DNA of 64,000 nucleotides from NCBI RefSeq assembly GCF_000009045.1, contig NC_000964.3, forward strand, positions 3,038,001 to 3,102,000, given 5' to 3'. The translations under genes and the position numbers were made by a program. This document shows positions 54,188 through 64,000 of this stretch, in pieces; position 1 is the first letter of the stretch; each line of letters opens with the position of its first letter. The notes beneath the pieces were generated by a model. It saw nothing but the letters and a program-made list of their open reading frames with translations, made no database searches and was not told where the DNA came from. This stretch comes from Bacillus subtilis subsp. subtilis str. 168 (GTDB lineage: Bacteria > Bacillota > Bacilli > Bacillales > Bacillaceae).

Positions 54188-55353
54188 ATGATGTGCAGCT
54201 CCTTTCCGATTGAATGAAATGTTTGCAGCAAATGATCAATATCACCCATACTGTGGTCAGACGTGATTGTAATTCGAATCCGGCTTTCACCCGGCGCAAC
54301 GGTTGGCGGCCGAATGGCAGGAGCATAAATTCCCTTGCCCTGCAGTTTTTCAGCAAATAGGACCGTTTTATGGGCATCGCCAATGACTACAGGAATAATC
54401 GGTGTGTGATCTCCTTTCACCACATAACCCATATTCTTCAGACTGGTTCTGATCATGCTGATATAAGAAAATAAAAGCTGTCGTTTTTCCCTGCTGGCTT
54501 CAATGATGTTGAAAGCCTCGTGAGCAGCCGCACAGCTGGCTGGCGGAATAGCGGTTTGAAAGATAAATGTTCTGGCATGGTTCAGCAAAAAGTCGATGAA
54601 GACCGCTGATCCTGCCGCAAAACCTCCTTCCGCGCCAACAGCTTTGCTTAAGGTGCCGATAACAATGTCGGGACAAACACCAAAGTATTCACTCGTTCCT
54701 TGTCCCGAATCGCCCAAAACTCCTGTTGCGTGGGCATCATCAACGACCACGAAGGCATGATAGCGTTTCGCAAGTGAGATGATCTGATCAAGAGGGGCGA
54801 TTGTGCCATCCATGCTGAATACTCCGTCTGTTACGATAAAACGGCGCTGATAACGCTGTGTTTCATTCAGCTTGTTTTCAAGATCATTCATATCAATATG
54901 CCGATAAACAACTGTATCAGCCTTAGAAAGTCGGCAGCCGTCGATCATACTTGCATGATTGAGCTGGTCACTTAAAATGACATCTTCCTTTTCTGGCAAG
55001 GATGAAAGGACACCGACATTGGCCAAGTAACCGCTCGAAAACAGCAGGGCCGCTTCTGTCAGTTTAAAGCTGGCAATCTTCTTTTCTAGCTTTTCATGCC
55101 AGACCGAATTGCCTGTCGTTAAACGTGAACCGCTGCTTCCTGTCCCAAATTGCTGCAATGCTGTTTGGGCTGCATCGATCAAACGTCTATCGCTTGCGAG
55201 CCCTAAATAATTGTTTGAGGACCAGACCGTTTGATTTTCGCCATCAATATTCCTCTCTGGAACCGGCGCTCCATCCATTGACCGCAGGTTACGATGTACG
55301 CCGGCTTCTTTCATTCTGTCTAACCGCTCGTTTAACCAGGAATCAATCTTCAA
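54184..55353 (-). CDS. bioF: 8-amino-7-oxononanoate synthase
   Basis: SNNYLGL, DDAHATG and GTLSKA motifs. Confidence 0.97.
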
Positions 55354-56689
55354 GGCTCGTAACCTCGTGGATCGCTTGTTTCATAATGGCAACCATTTCC
55401 GAGAGCTCTTCAGCTGTGCTGGCAAGAGGAGGAAGAAATGCAATCACGTCCCCAAGCGGTCTTGTCAGCATTCCTAACTCTCTCATTTTTAAGGAAACTT
55501 TGTATCCAATCCGCCGATCAGCCGGGTAAGGTTCTTTAGTTTCCTTTGATCGTACAAGCTCTGCACCGCACATAAAGCCAAGCTGCCGAATATCCCCAAC
55601 ATGAGGAAGAGCGTGCAGATCTTGAAGAAGAAAATGGAGCTTTTTACTTTTTTCCGCTACTTGTTCCACAATGTTTTCAGATTCAAATAATGCCAGATTT
55701 TCAAGCGCAACCGCACAGCCAAGCTGATTGCCTGTATAGGAATGGCCATGGAAAAAGGTTTTTAGGTTTTCATAATCATCATAGAATGCCTTATAGATGT
55801 CTTCAGTGGCAAACGTAACGGCAATTGGCAAATAGCCTCCTGTAATGCCTTTACCGGCAGCCATCAGATCAGGCTGGACATTCTCGTGCTCGCACGCAAA
55901 CATTTTTCCTGTACGGCCAAAGCCTGTAGCGACTTCATCAACGATCATTAAGACATCGTATGTTGTACATAGCTCGCGCACGCCTGCCAAATATCCTTCC
56001 GGCATCACGATCATACCGGACGCGCCTTGTACCATTGATTCAATGGAAAGCGCGGCAATTTCCTCATGATGTTCCTCAAGCAGCTGTGCAAGCTCTCGGA
56101 GGCACTGATCACGGCACTCATCAGGATCACCGCTTTCAGAACGATACACATAAGGAATCGGGGCCTTGTAACTCTCGAACATCAACGGGCCGTATACGTG
56201 GTGAAAAAGCTCAATTGAACCGACACTGACGGCGCCAATCGTATCACCGTGATACCCGTTTTTCATTGCGATGAATTTTTGTTTCTCGGGCTTCCCGATG
56301 TTCTTCCAATACTGAAACGCCATTTTTAGGGCTATTTCCATCGCCTCTGCGCCGCTGTCTGAATAAAAGACCCGCGTGAGCTTTTTTGGGCTGATGTCGA
56401 TTAATGTTTCGGCAAGCTGGGTTGCTGGAACATTGGTCATGCCCAATAACGTGGAGTGCGCAATTTTTCCGAGCTGTTTTTTTATGGCGTCATCTAGTTC
56501 TTTTTTGCGGTGTCCGTGGACATTAAGCCAAACCGATGAAAAACCGTCATAGTATTCCTTGCCGTTTATGTCTTTGACTTTGATTCCAGTCCCGCTTTCG
56601 ATGATTAAGGGGTTTTCATCATAATCTTTCATTTGGGTAAATGGCAGCCAGAGGTGCTTTTTACTTTTTTCTATCAAATCATGAGTCAT
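55343..56689 (-). CDS. bioK: DAPA aminotransferase (lysine-dependent BioK/BioA)
   Basis: [18 protein letters not shown] and HGHSYTGN motifs. Confidence 0.96.
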
Positions 56690-57458
56690 GATCTTCCTCC
56701 CACTCTATTAAAATAGGCTGCTTCTCCAGGTCATGTATGTACGTGTTTACATCATTGGATCCATCAATAAAAAAGACTCGGCAGCCCTCTTCAGTCCCGT
56801 ATTCTTTCATTGCTGTAATACGCTGATAGCCCATTTTCTTACCCGCAACATAGCCTGTTATGTAATCCGGATCGTCCGACCAGCATAATTCTGCAACGAC
56901 TGCCGGGTGCCGGCTTACCTTTGAAGCGAGCGCAAGGGCCTCTTTTATTCTTGAATGAGCTGGCACGTGACTGTGAAGCGCCCATTTTTCAAAATTAGCG
57001 TCCGGCCAATCCATTCTGGAGACCCGCACCCCTTTTTCTTTTGTTTGATCCATTCGCTTGCCTGTATGAATATCAAACAACACCGCACCCCTGACATCTG
57101 ACCATTCAGGGATTTGTTCATATGCTTTTTCAATCACGTCTCGTGAAACGCCTTCTTTTTCCAATAACAATCGGGCAAGCTTTTGTCCTTCTTCCGGGCA
57201 GCTCACTTCATTCGTATGCACAGGCAATGGCTGAATGGTTTTTATCGATTCATGTACCTCTTCAAATTGAATTTGCATAAAATCAGGTTTTCCTCTTGAA
57301 TGGGATAACCCTTTTTCTAATAAAGCATTGACTGTATGCTTCATCTCATGGAAAGGAATAAGCCGTTCTCCGCCGGATATATGCTTTCCGCCGTCTTCAT
57401 GAGATCCATTCATTGAAGCCCTCATTCTGACACTATAAAAAGTTTCTTCTTGCATCAT
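56679..57458 (-). CDS. bioW: 6-carboxyhexanoate(pimelate)--CoA ligase
   Basis: [15 protein letters not shown] and [12 protein letters not shown] motifs. Confidence 0.96.
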
Positions 57459-57507
57459 TTCTCGCCCTTTCACTGATAACTGAAGAACGTGTAGCGCTTC
57501 TCACCTA

Positions 57508-57542
57508 AATTGTTAACCAATTATATTCAAAGGTTAACAATT
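57508..57542. promoter_or_regulatory. BirA operator (bioO)
   Basis: AATTGTTAACC-N13-GGTTAACAATT, perfect 11-bp inverted repeat. Confidence 0.95.
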
Positions 57543-57544
57543 AG

Positions 57545-57573
57545 AATATATTATTCTCTCCTGTTTCTGTCAA
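57545..57573 (-). promoter_or_regulatory. sigmaA promoter of the bio operon
   Basis: TTGACA-N17-TATATT. Confidence 0.9.
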
Positions 57574-57615
57574 TAGAAGAAAGGATCGATTTATGGCAGT
57601 TGGTTAAAAGGAAAC

Positions 57616-57648
57616 AAAAAGACCGTTTTCACACAAAACGGTCTTTTT
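57616..57648 (-). terminator. ytaP terminator
   Basis: AAAAAGACCGTTTT-5nt-AAAACGGTCTTTTT. Confidence 0.9.
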
Positions 57649-57664
57649 CGATTTCTTTTTACAG

Positions 57665-58564
57665 TCACAGCCACTTTTGCAAAAACCGGACAGCTTCATG
57701 CCTTATAACTGCTGTTTCGAAATGTCCCGAAGCAGAACGGACCACTCGGTAGCAATCAGCAGCTCCCTGTCCAGCATAGACAGCTGTCAATTCTTTTTCG
57801 ATTTTGTCCACGCCCTCAGCCGGCGTTAACCGATCGTGTACACCAACAAGACTAAGGTGCGGGCGCGGCGCGATCAGGCTTTGGATCTCCGATGCGGAAA
57901 AATGCTTTGCAAGCGATGGGACGTAATAATAAAAGCCGTGCCTGTCAAGATTCTGTGTTTTGATCAGCACGTGATGATCCACCTGGCTGCACAAATCCAC
58001 ACACACCTTAATCCGGTCATCGAGCGCCGCTGTCCACCACGCCATCAAACCTCCCATAGACATGCCGATGGTTCCGATCCTGTCAGGCTGAACATCAGAG
58101 CGTGACTGCATATAGTCTAACGCACTTAAACTGTCATAAATCATCATCCCCCACATCACTTTTCCGGTGAGAAGCATTTCTTTAAATATCTCGCTTTCCG
58201 CTTTTCCCCGCCGATCTCCAAACCCCCAATGATCAATCGCAAGAACGCCGTATCCGAGTGAAGTAAGCTCATCAGAAAAAGAAGGCGTTTTCAAATAATC
58301 CGCTCCCTCAATCAGCTCACTTTTTCCCCTATCATACTGGCCTCCATGCGAATGCTGAAACAATACGGCTGGGCACGGTCCTTCTGTTTTCTTCGGCTTC
58401 ACAAAATAAGCGGGCGCCTTTTCATGTCCATTTAAATCGAGCAGGAGCGTTTCAACGATATTTTCTTCTCTTTCTTCAATACGTAATGTCTCAACACTGA
58501 TTGGCCTCCGATCAGGCAAATCACCAAGCAATCGAAACAGTTGCTTTCTTCTTTCGGCTCTCAT
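57665..58564 (-). CDS. ytaP: Alpha/beta hydrolase (dienelactone hydrolase/esterase-like)
   Basis: Nucleophile elbow GMSMGG, Asp (GVHDRL) and His (SGHFET) triad. Confidence 0.9.
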   Translation of the reverse strand: MRAERRKQLFRLLGDLPDRRPISVETLRIEEREENIVETLLLDLNGHEKAPAYFVKPKKTEGPCPAVLFQHSHGGQYDRGKSELIEGADYLKTPSFSDELTSLGYGVLAIDHWGFGDRRGKAESEIFKEMLLTGKVMWGMMIYDSLSALDYMQSRSDVQPDRIGTIGMSMGGLMAWWTAALDDRIKVCVDLCSQVDHHVLIKTQNLDRHGFYYYVPSLAKHFSASEIQSLIAPRPHLSLVGVHDRLTPAEGVDKIEKELTAVYAGQGAADCYRVVRSASGHFETAVIRHEAVRFLQKWL

Positions 58565-58647
58565 CCCATCACCCTTCCTTATTCGCTTACTTCACATTTA
58601 CGAGACAGATCTGGGTTCCCCTTTATTTTTCCAACATAAATCACATC

Positions 58648-58669
58648 ATTTACTAAATATTTAGTAAAT
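58648..58669. promoter_or_regulatory. LacI-type operator (MelR/MsmR); a further half-site at 58755-58763
   Basis: ATTTACTAAATATTTAGTAAAT is a perfect 22-bp palindrome; TTTACTAAA recurs just before the melR RBS. Confidence 0.75.
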
Positions 58670-58696
58670 ATTATGGAATATTTCGAAAACAATTAT

Positions 58697-58710
58697 TGTA
58701 ACCGCTTACT
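58697..58710 (+). promoter_or_regulatory. cre site upstream of melR
   Basis: TGTAACCGCTTACT. Confidence 0.75.
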
Positions 58711-58781
58711 TTTATATGATAATATCAATTTATCAAAAACAGATGAGTTAATATTTTACTAAATAGATGAGAGGGATACCC

Positions 58782-59816
58782 ATGGTTCGTATTAAAGATA
58801 TCGCCTTGAAAGCTAAAGTTTCCAGCGCAACTGTGTCCAGAATTTTAAATGAAGATGAGTCGCTTTCTGTTGCGGGCGAAACGAGACAAAGAGTCATCAA
58901 CATCGCTGAAGAGCTTGGTTATCAAACCGTTGCCAAACGCCGAAAATCCCGCGGGCAAAAACAGCGGGCTCAGCCGCTGATCGGTGTGCTGAGCTGTCTG
59001 TCCCCTGATCAGGAAAGGCAGGACCCTTATTTTTCTTCCATTCGGAAAGGGATTGAAAAGGAATGCTTTGAACAGGAAATTTTCATTACAAATTCGATTC
59101 ATCTCGGCTCCTTTCAGGAACATATCTTTCGGGAATTGGATGGTGTCATTGTCATCGGCCGTGTTCATGATGAAGCGGTTAAGCATATCAGCGGGAGGCT
59201 GGAGCATGCCGTATTTATCAATCATTCACCAGATCCGCAAGCATACGATTCGATTGGCATCGATTTTGAATCGGCTTCACGCCAGGCGATTGATCACCTT
59301 TTCGACTTAGGCTACAAACGGTTAGGCTACATTGGCGGACAAGAAAAAGAGCATACGCTGAAGGACGGCCAAAGCATTCGCAGAACGATTGAAGATAAAC
59401 GCCTGACCGCTTTTTTGGAGTCAGCCGCCCCCCAGCCTGAGCATGTGCTGATCGGAGAATACAGCATGCGTGAGGGCTATCGCCTGATGAAGAAAGCAAT
59501 CGATCAAGGCCATCTGCCGGAAGCATTCTTTATTGCCAGCGATTCTATGGCGATCGGCGCATTAAAAGCGCTGCAGGAAGCCGGACTGCAAGTGCCGCGG
59601 GATACCGCAATCGTCAGCTTTAACGGCATTGAGGAAGCTGAATTTGCCAGCACGCCTTTAACGACGGTGAAGGTATACACAGAGGAAATGGGCCGGACAG
59701 GCGTAAAACTGCTGCTTGACCGTCTCAATGGCCGAACGCTTCCTCAACATGTCACCCTGCCTACAACATTAATCGTAAGACAAAGCTGCGGATGTACAGC
59801 AAAGGAGGTGACATAA
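58782..59816 (+). CDS. melR: LacI-family repressor of melibiose/raffinose utilisation, 344 aa
   Basis: IKDIALKAKVSSATVSR HTH; former name msmR. Confidence 0.95.
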   Translation: MVRIKDIALKAKVSSATVSRILNEDESLSVAGETRQRVINIAEELGYQTVAKRRKSRGQKQRAQPLIGVLSCLSPDQERQDPYFSSIRKGIEKECFEQEIFITNSIHLGSFQEHIFRELDGVIVIGRVHDEAVKHISGRLEHAVFINHSPDPQAYDSIGIDFESASRQAIDHLFDLGYKRLGYIGGQEKEHTLKDGQSIRRTIEDKRLTAFLESAAPQPEHVLIGEYSMREGYRLMKKAIDQGHLPEAFFIASDSMAIGALKALQEAGLQVPRDTAIVSFNGIEEAEFASTPLTTVKVYTEEMGRTGVKLLLDRLNGRTLPQHVTLPTTLIVRQSCGCTAKEVT

Positions 59817-59849
59817 GCAAAGATTCATCACGATGATAAGGAGGAAAAG

Positions 59850-61130
59850 ATGAAACACACTTTTGTTTTATTTCTCTCTCTTATTCTGCTTGTTCTGCCC
59901 GGGTGTTCAGCAGAGAAAAGCTCAGCAGATACCGCAAAAAAGACGTTAACCATTTATTCTACAATGTCAACCGACAGTGAAAGAGATACGTTCAGAAAAC
60001 TAGCGGCAGCATTCGAAAAGGAACACAGTGACATTCATGTCAGCCTTCATTTCCCAGGCAATGACTATGAAAATATGATGCGTGTCAGAATGGCGGCCAA
60101 TGATTTGCCAGATCTATTCGATACACATGGCTGGGGGAAAATCAGGTACGGAGAATATACAGCGGATCTCCGGGATATGAAATGGACTCAAGATCTTGAT
60201 CCCAATTTAAACAGCATCCTCAAAAATAAAAGCGGAAAGGTGTATGCCTATCCAATCAATCAGGCAAAAGACGGTCTGGCGTATAATCGCAATATTTTAG
60301 ACCGTTACGGCATTGCTCCGCCGGAAACCATGGATGACTTTATCAAAGCACTGAGAACGATTAAAGAAAAGAGCAAGGGAAGCATTGTTCCCTTCTGGTT
60401 TGCCGGATATGACAAAAGCTCATTCGCCCAATATTACGACCAATTCGCTACACCTCTTCTCATCACAGACCCTGCCCATAATGAAAAAAAACAGCTCATC
60501 AACGGCACTTTTCAATGGAGTAAATTCACTTATTTATCAGAAATCCTCAAACAAATGCAGAAAGAAAAATTGATCAATATCGACGCCGTCACGGCAAAAA
60601 AATCACAGCTCATTGAATTAATGGCCCAAAACAAAATCGCCTTTACAATGCAAGGCGGCACACTCGGCCAAGACGTTGCCCAGATCAACCCGAACGTCAA
60701 GGTCGGCATTATCCCGACACCTGCCATCCATCCCGGTGATGACCCGATATGGATCGGCGGTGAACGCTACACCCTTGCAGCATGGAAAGATTCGCCTCAA
60801 TTAAAAGAGGCAAAAGATTTTATCGCATTTATGGCCCGCCCGGCCAATGCCAAACAAATGGCTGAAGCCACATCGCTTCCTTCAGGGCTGACCAATGTGA
60901 AAGCTGATATTTTCTACGCAAACGATTATGAGTATTATCAAGATGTCAAAGTCGAGCCTTACTTCGACCGGTTATACTTGCCAAACGGAATGTGGGATGT
61001 CCTGGGCACGGTTGGGCAGGAGCTCGCGGCTGACATTTTGGCGCCTCAAGACATTTCGCAGAAGCTGGGAAGAGAATATAAACGACTCCGGGAGCAATCC
61101 GAAACACAGGGAGCTGAAAACAATGAGTGA
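59850..61130 (+). CDS. melE: Alpha-galactoside ABC substrate-binding lipoprotein
   Basis: Lipobox VLPGC; TAAGGAGG RBS; former name msmE. Confidence 0.94.
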
Positions 61131-62034
61131 GATCGCAAGGGACGTTCATGTGAAACAGGTTAAGCCAAAAAAGCAGTCCTCACTTTGGTGGATGTACATT
61201 CCTGCTTTGCTCTCCGTTCTGGTCTTTATGATTTACCCGTTTGTGAAAGGCACATTGATTACCTTTACAAACTGGAACGGATTTTCACAAGTCTACCAAT
61301 GGGTTGGATTCGCGCAATATGAAAGGCTGTTTTCTGATCCTGATACTTGGCATATCTTAAAAAACACGCTGCATTACGGGCTTGGCAGCACCTTTTTTCA
61401 AAATGTGGTCGGGCTTCTGTACGCTCTCCTCTTAAATCAAAGCATTAAAACGAAAGCGGTAACAAGAACAATTGTGTATTTGCCGGTGATGATCAGCCCG
61501 CTCATTATGGGCTACATTTGGTACTTTTTCTTCTCCTATGACGGAGGCGCGCTCAACGATTTGCTCGGGGTCTTCGGCATCAGCCCTATTAATGCGCTCG
61601 CCAGTCCCTCGCTCAATCCATGGATCATTGTCATGATTAACACCTATCAATATGTCGGGATCGCTATGGTTGTCTACTTAGCCGGTCTGCAAAGCATTCC
61701 GAAAGACTACTATGAAGCGGCGCAAATGGATGGCGCGAAACAAGGCCAGCAGTTTTTTACCATCACGCTGCCGCTGTTAATGCCCTCCATTACCATTAAT
61801 ATAGTCATCAACATTATCGGAGGCTTAAAGCTGTTTGACGTCATCATTGCACTCACCGCAGGCGGCCCCGGAAATGCGTCACAATCCATGTCCACGTTTA
61901 TGTATGATTTGTATTTCAAACGGCAGGATGCCGGCTATGCCGCAACGCAAGGCATATTTATGGCATTTGTCATTTTGATCATCAGCTTTTGCGCGCTTGC
62001 GTACTTTAAAAGAAAGGAGACGGAAATGTCATGA
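61123..62034 (+). CDS. melD: Sugar ABC permease, 303 aa
   Basis: [13 protein letters not shown] loop; start ATG 61123 overlaps the melE end; former name amyD. Confidence 0.93.
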
Positions 62035-62861
62035 GAGCCGCCCGTACAAAAAGCATGCGGATCATTACGCTTCTTGCAGCCATTGTGGCCTGTGCGCATT
62101 TTATTCCTTTTTATATCCTGCTGACCACTTCATTGAAAGCAAAAGGAGACTACAGTTCGAAATGGATATTTCCAGCCGACATCTCCTTTCATAATTTTTC
62201 AGAGGCGTGGGAGCGCGCTTCGCTAGGAAACTCTTTTATAAACACCATGATCATCACAGGTTTTTCTGCCTTGTTATTAATTATATTCGGCTCACTTGCC
62301 GCCTACCCGCTTGCCCGGCGGGAAACGAAACTGAATAAAGCCGTTTTTGCCTTGCTGATTTCCATTATGATCATCCCTCCGTTAACGTCCATGGTTCCTT
62401 TGTACCGAATGGTCGTGGACGCCGGAATGGTCAATACACACGCAATCGCCATTTTCATCAATACAGCGGCTTACATGCCGTTAACCGTATTCTTATATTC
62501 AGGCTTTATCCGATCGACCATTCCAAAAGAGCTTGTAGAAGCCGCAAGAATTGACGGTGCAGGCATGCTGAAAATCTTTTTTACGATTGTGTTTCCTCTG
62601 CTGAAGCCGATCACTGCGACCATCTGTATCATTTCTTGTGTCTTTATTTGGAACGACTATCAATTTGCCATTTTCTTTTTACAAGATCAAAAGGTTCAGA
62701 CATTAACAGTAGCCATGGCAGGTTTTTTCGGAGAAAACGCAAACAACCTTCATTTAGTTGCCGCAGCGGCACTTATGGCAATGCTGCCGATGGTTGTTCT
62801 GTTTTTGGCGCTGCAAAAATACTTTATTGCCGGCCTGTCTTCCGGAGCGGTAAAGGGTTAA
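62031..62861 (+). CDS. melC: Sugar ABC permease
   Basis: [13 protein letters not shown] loop; former name amyC. Confidence 0.93.
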
Positions 62862-62880
62862 CATTAAAGGGGGAAGCAAT

Positions 62881-64000
62881 ATGAAAAAGATTACATTTAT
62901 CGGTGCAGGGAGCACGATTTTCGCCAAAAATGTTTTGGGAGACTGCCTGTTAACAGAGGCACTGAATGGATTTGAGTTCGCTCTTTACGACATTGATCCC
63001 AAACGCCTGCAGGAATCCCAGCTCATGCTCGAAAATCTAAGAGACCGTTATAACCCAAGTGTGGCCATCAACAGCTATGATGACAGAAAACTCGCCTTGC
63101 AAAACGCAGGCTATGTCATCAATGCGATTCAGGTTGGAGGATACAAACCGAGCACAGTCATCGATTTCGAGATTCCTAAACGGTATGGGCTGCGCCAGAC
63201 GATCGCCGATACAGTAGGCATCGGCGGGATATTCAGATCTCTCAGAACAATCCCGGTCTTATTTGATATCGCAAAAGATATGGAGGAAATGTGCCCTGAC
63301 GCATGGTTCTTAAACTATACAAATCCAATGGCCACTCTTACAGGCGCCATGCTCCGCTATACCAATATCAAAACAATCGGGCTCTGCCACAGTGTTCAAG
63401 TGTGCACGAAGGATTTATTTAAAGCTCTCGGAATGGAGCATGACGGAATTGAGGAACGCATTGCGGGCATTAATCATATGGCTTGGCTTTTGGAAGTCAA
63501 AAAAGACGGCACAGATTTATATCCAGAAATCAAAAGGAGAGCGAAAGAAAAACAAAAAACAAAGCATCATGATATGGTGCGGTTTGAATTAATGGATAAG
63601 TTCGGCTATTATGTCACGGAATCGTCCGAACATAACGCAGAGTATCACCCGTACTTTATTAAACGGAATTACCCTGAACTGATCAGCGAGCTGCAAATCC
63701 CGCTCGACGAATATCCGAGAAGGTGCGTCAAGCAGATTGAAAATTGGGAGAAAATGCGGGATGATATCGTCAATAATAAAAACCTTACGCACGAACGCTC
63801 AAAGGAATATGGTTCAAGAATTATAGAAGCAATGGAAACAAACGAACCATTCACCTTCGGAGGAAACGTCTTGAATACAGGGCTGATCACCAACCTTCCT
63901 TCAAAAGCGGTTGTGGAAGTGACATGCGTCGCCGACAGAAAAAAAATTACACCGTGCTTCGCCGGAGAACTGCCTGAGCAGCTTGCAGCCTTAAACCGGA
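62881..64000 (+). CDS. melA: NAD+-dependent alpha-galactosidase (GH4), runs off the window end
   Basis: MKKITFIGAGSTIF NAD-binding start, YTNP and GLCHS motifs. Absent from the ORF track because there is no stop codon in the window. Confidence 0.95.
   Translation, partial: MKKITFIGAGSTIFAKNVLGDCLLTEALNGFEFALYDIDPKRLQESQLMLENLRDRYNPSVAINSYDDRKLALQNAGYVINAIQVGGYKPSTVIDFEIPKRYGLRQTIADTVGIGGIFRSLRTIPVLFDIAKDMEEMCPDAWFLNYTNPMATLTGAMLRYTNIKTIGLCHSVQVCTKDLFKALGMEHDGIEERIAGINHMAWLLEVKKDGTDLYPEIKRRAKEKQKTKHHDMVRFELMDKFGYYVTESSEHNAEYHPYFIKRNYPELISELQIPLDEYPRRCVKQIENWEKMRDDIVNNKNLTHERSKEYGSRIIEAMETNEPFTFGGNVLNTGLITNLPSKAVVEVTCVADRKKITPCFAGELPEQLAALNR

Noticed and set aside
57510-57752. 80-aa plus-strand ORF over the bio operator and promoter
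   Set aside because: Coincides with known regulatory elements and a terminator; no RBS.
60928-61122. 65-aa N-terminal extension of melD in the ORF track
   Set aside because: Overlaps melE out of frame; the RBS and ATGA-type coupling support ATG 61123.

Overview
The window is a gene-dense, low-GC Bacillus chromosome segment. Gene order and protein sequences match what I recognise as the Bacillus subtilis 168 acsA-to-melA region; this is recognition from memory, not a database search. Most genes are on the minus strand. From left to right: the 5' part of the tyrS T-box riboswitch, acsA/acuABC, motPS-ccpA, aroA(aroX), ytxGHJ, murC, sftA, ytpPQR, ytoPQ, ytzB, malS, ytnP, trmB, ytzH, ccrZ(ytmP), amyX, ytlPQR, ytkP, ytjP, pbuO, ythPQ, ytzE, ytzG, murJ, ytfP, opuD, cse60, the yteP-U/ytdP/ytcPQ pectin-oligomer locus, ytbQ plus the bioWKFDBI operon, ytaP, and melRECD with a partial melA. 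I saw no rRNA, tRNA, CRISPR array, prophage, integrase or IS element, and no obviously foreign insert, so I cannot support a large new accessory system. The best leads are regulatory or functional. (1) The yteP and ytcP operons share an almost identical promoter and paired-operator layout, probably for the membrane-anchored AraC regulator YtdP, and one operator doubles as the bio terminator. (2) ytcP has an in-frame ATC where its start codon should be. (3) YtbQ looks like a uronate dehydrogenase embedded in the biotin operon. (4) ytzH has a sigmaG/F-type promoter and lies fully antisense to the ccrZ transcript. (5) An orphan inverted-repeat operator sits upstream of aroA. All motif calls were made by eye.
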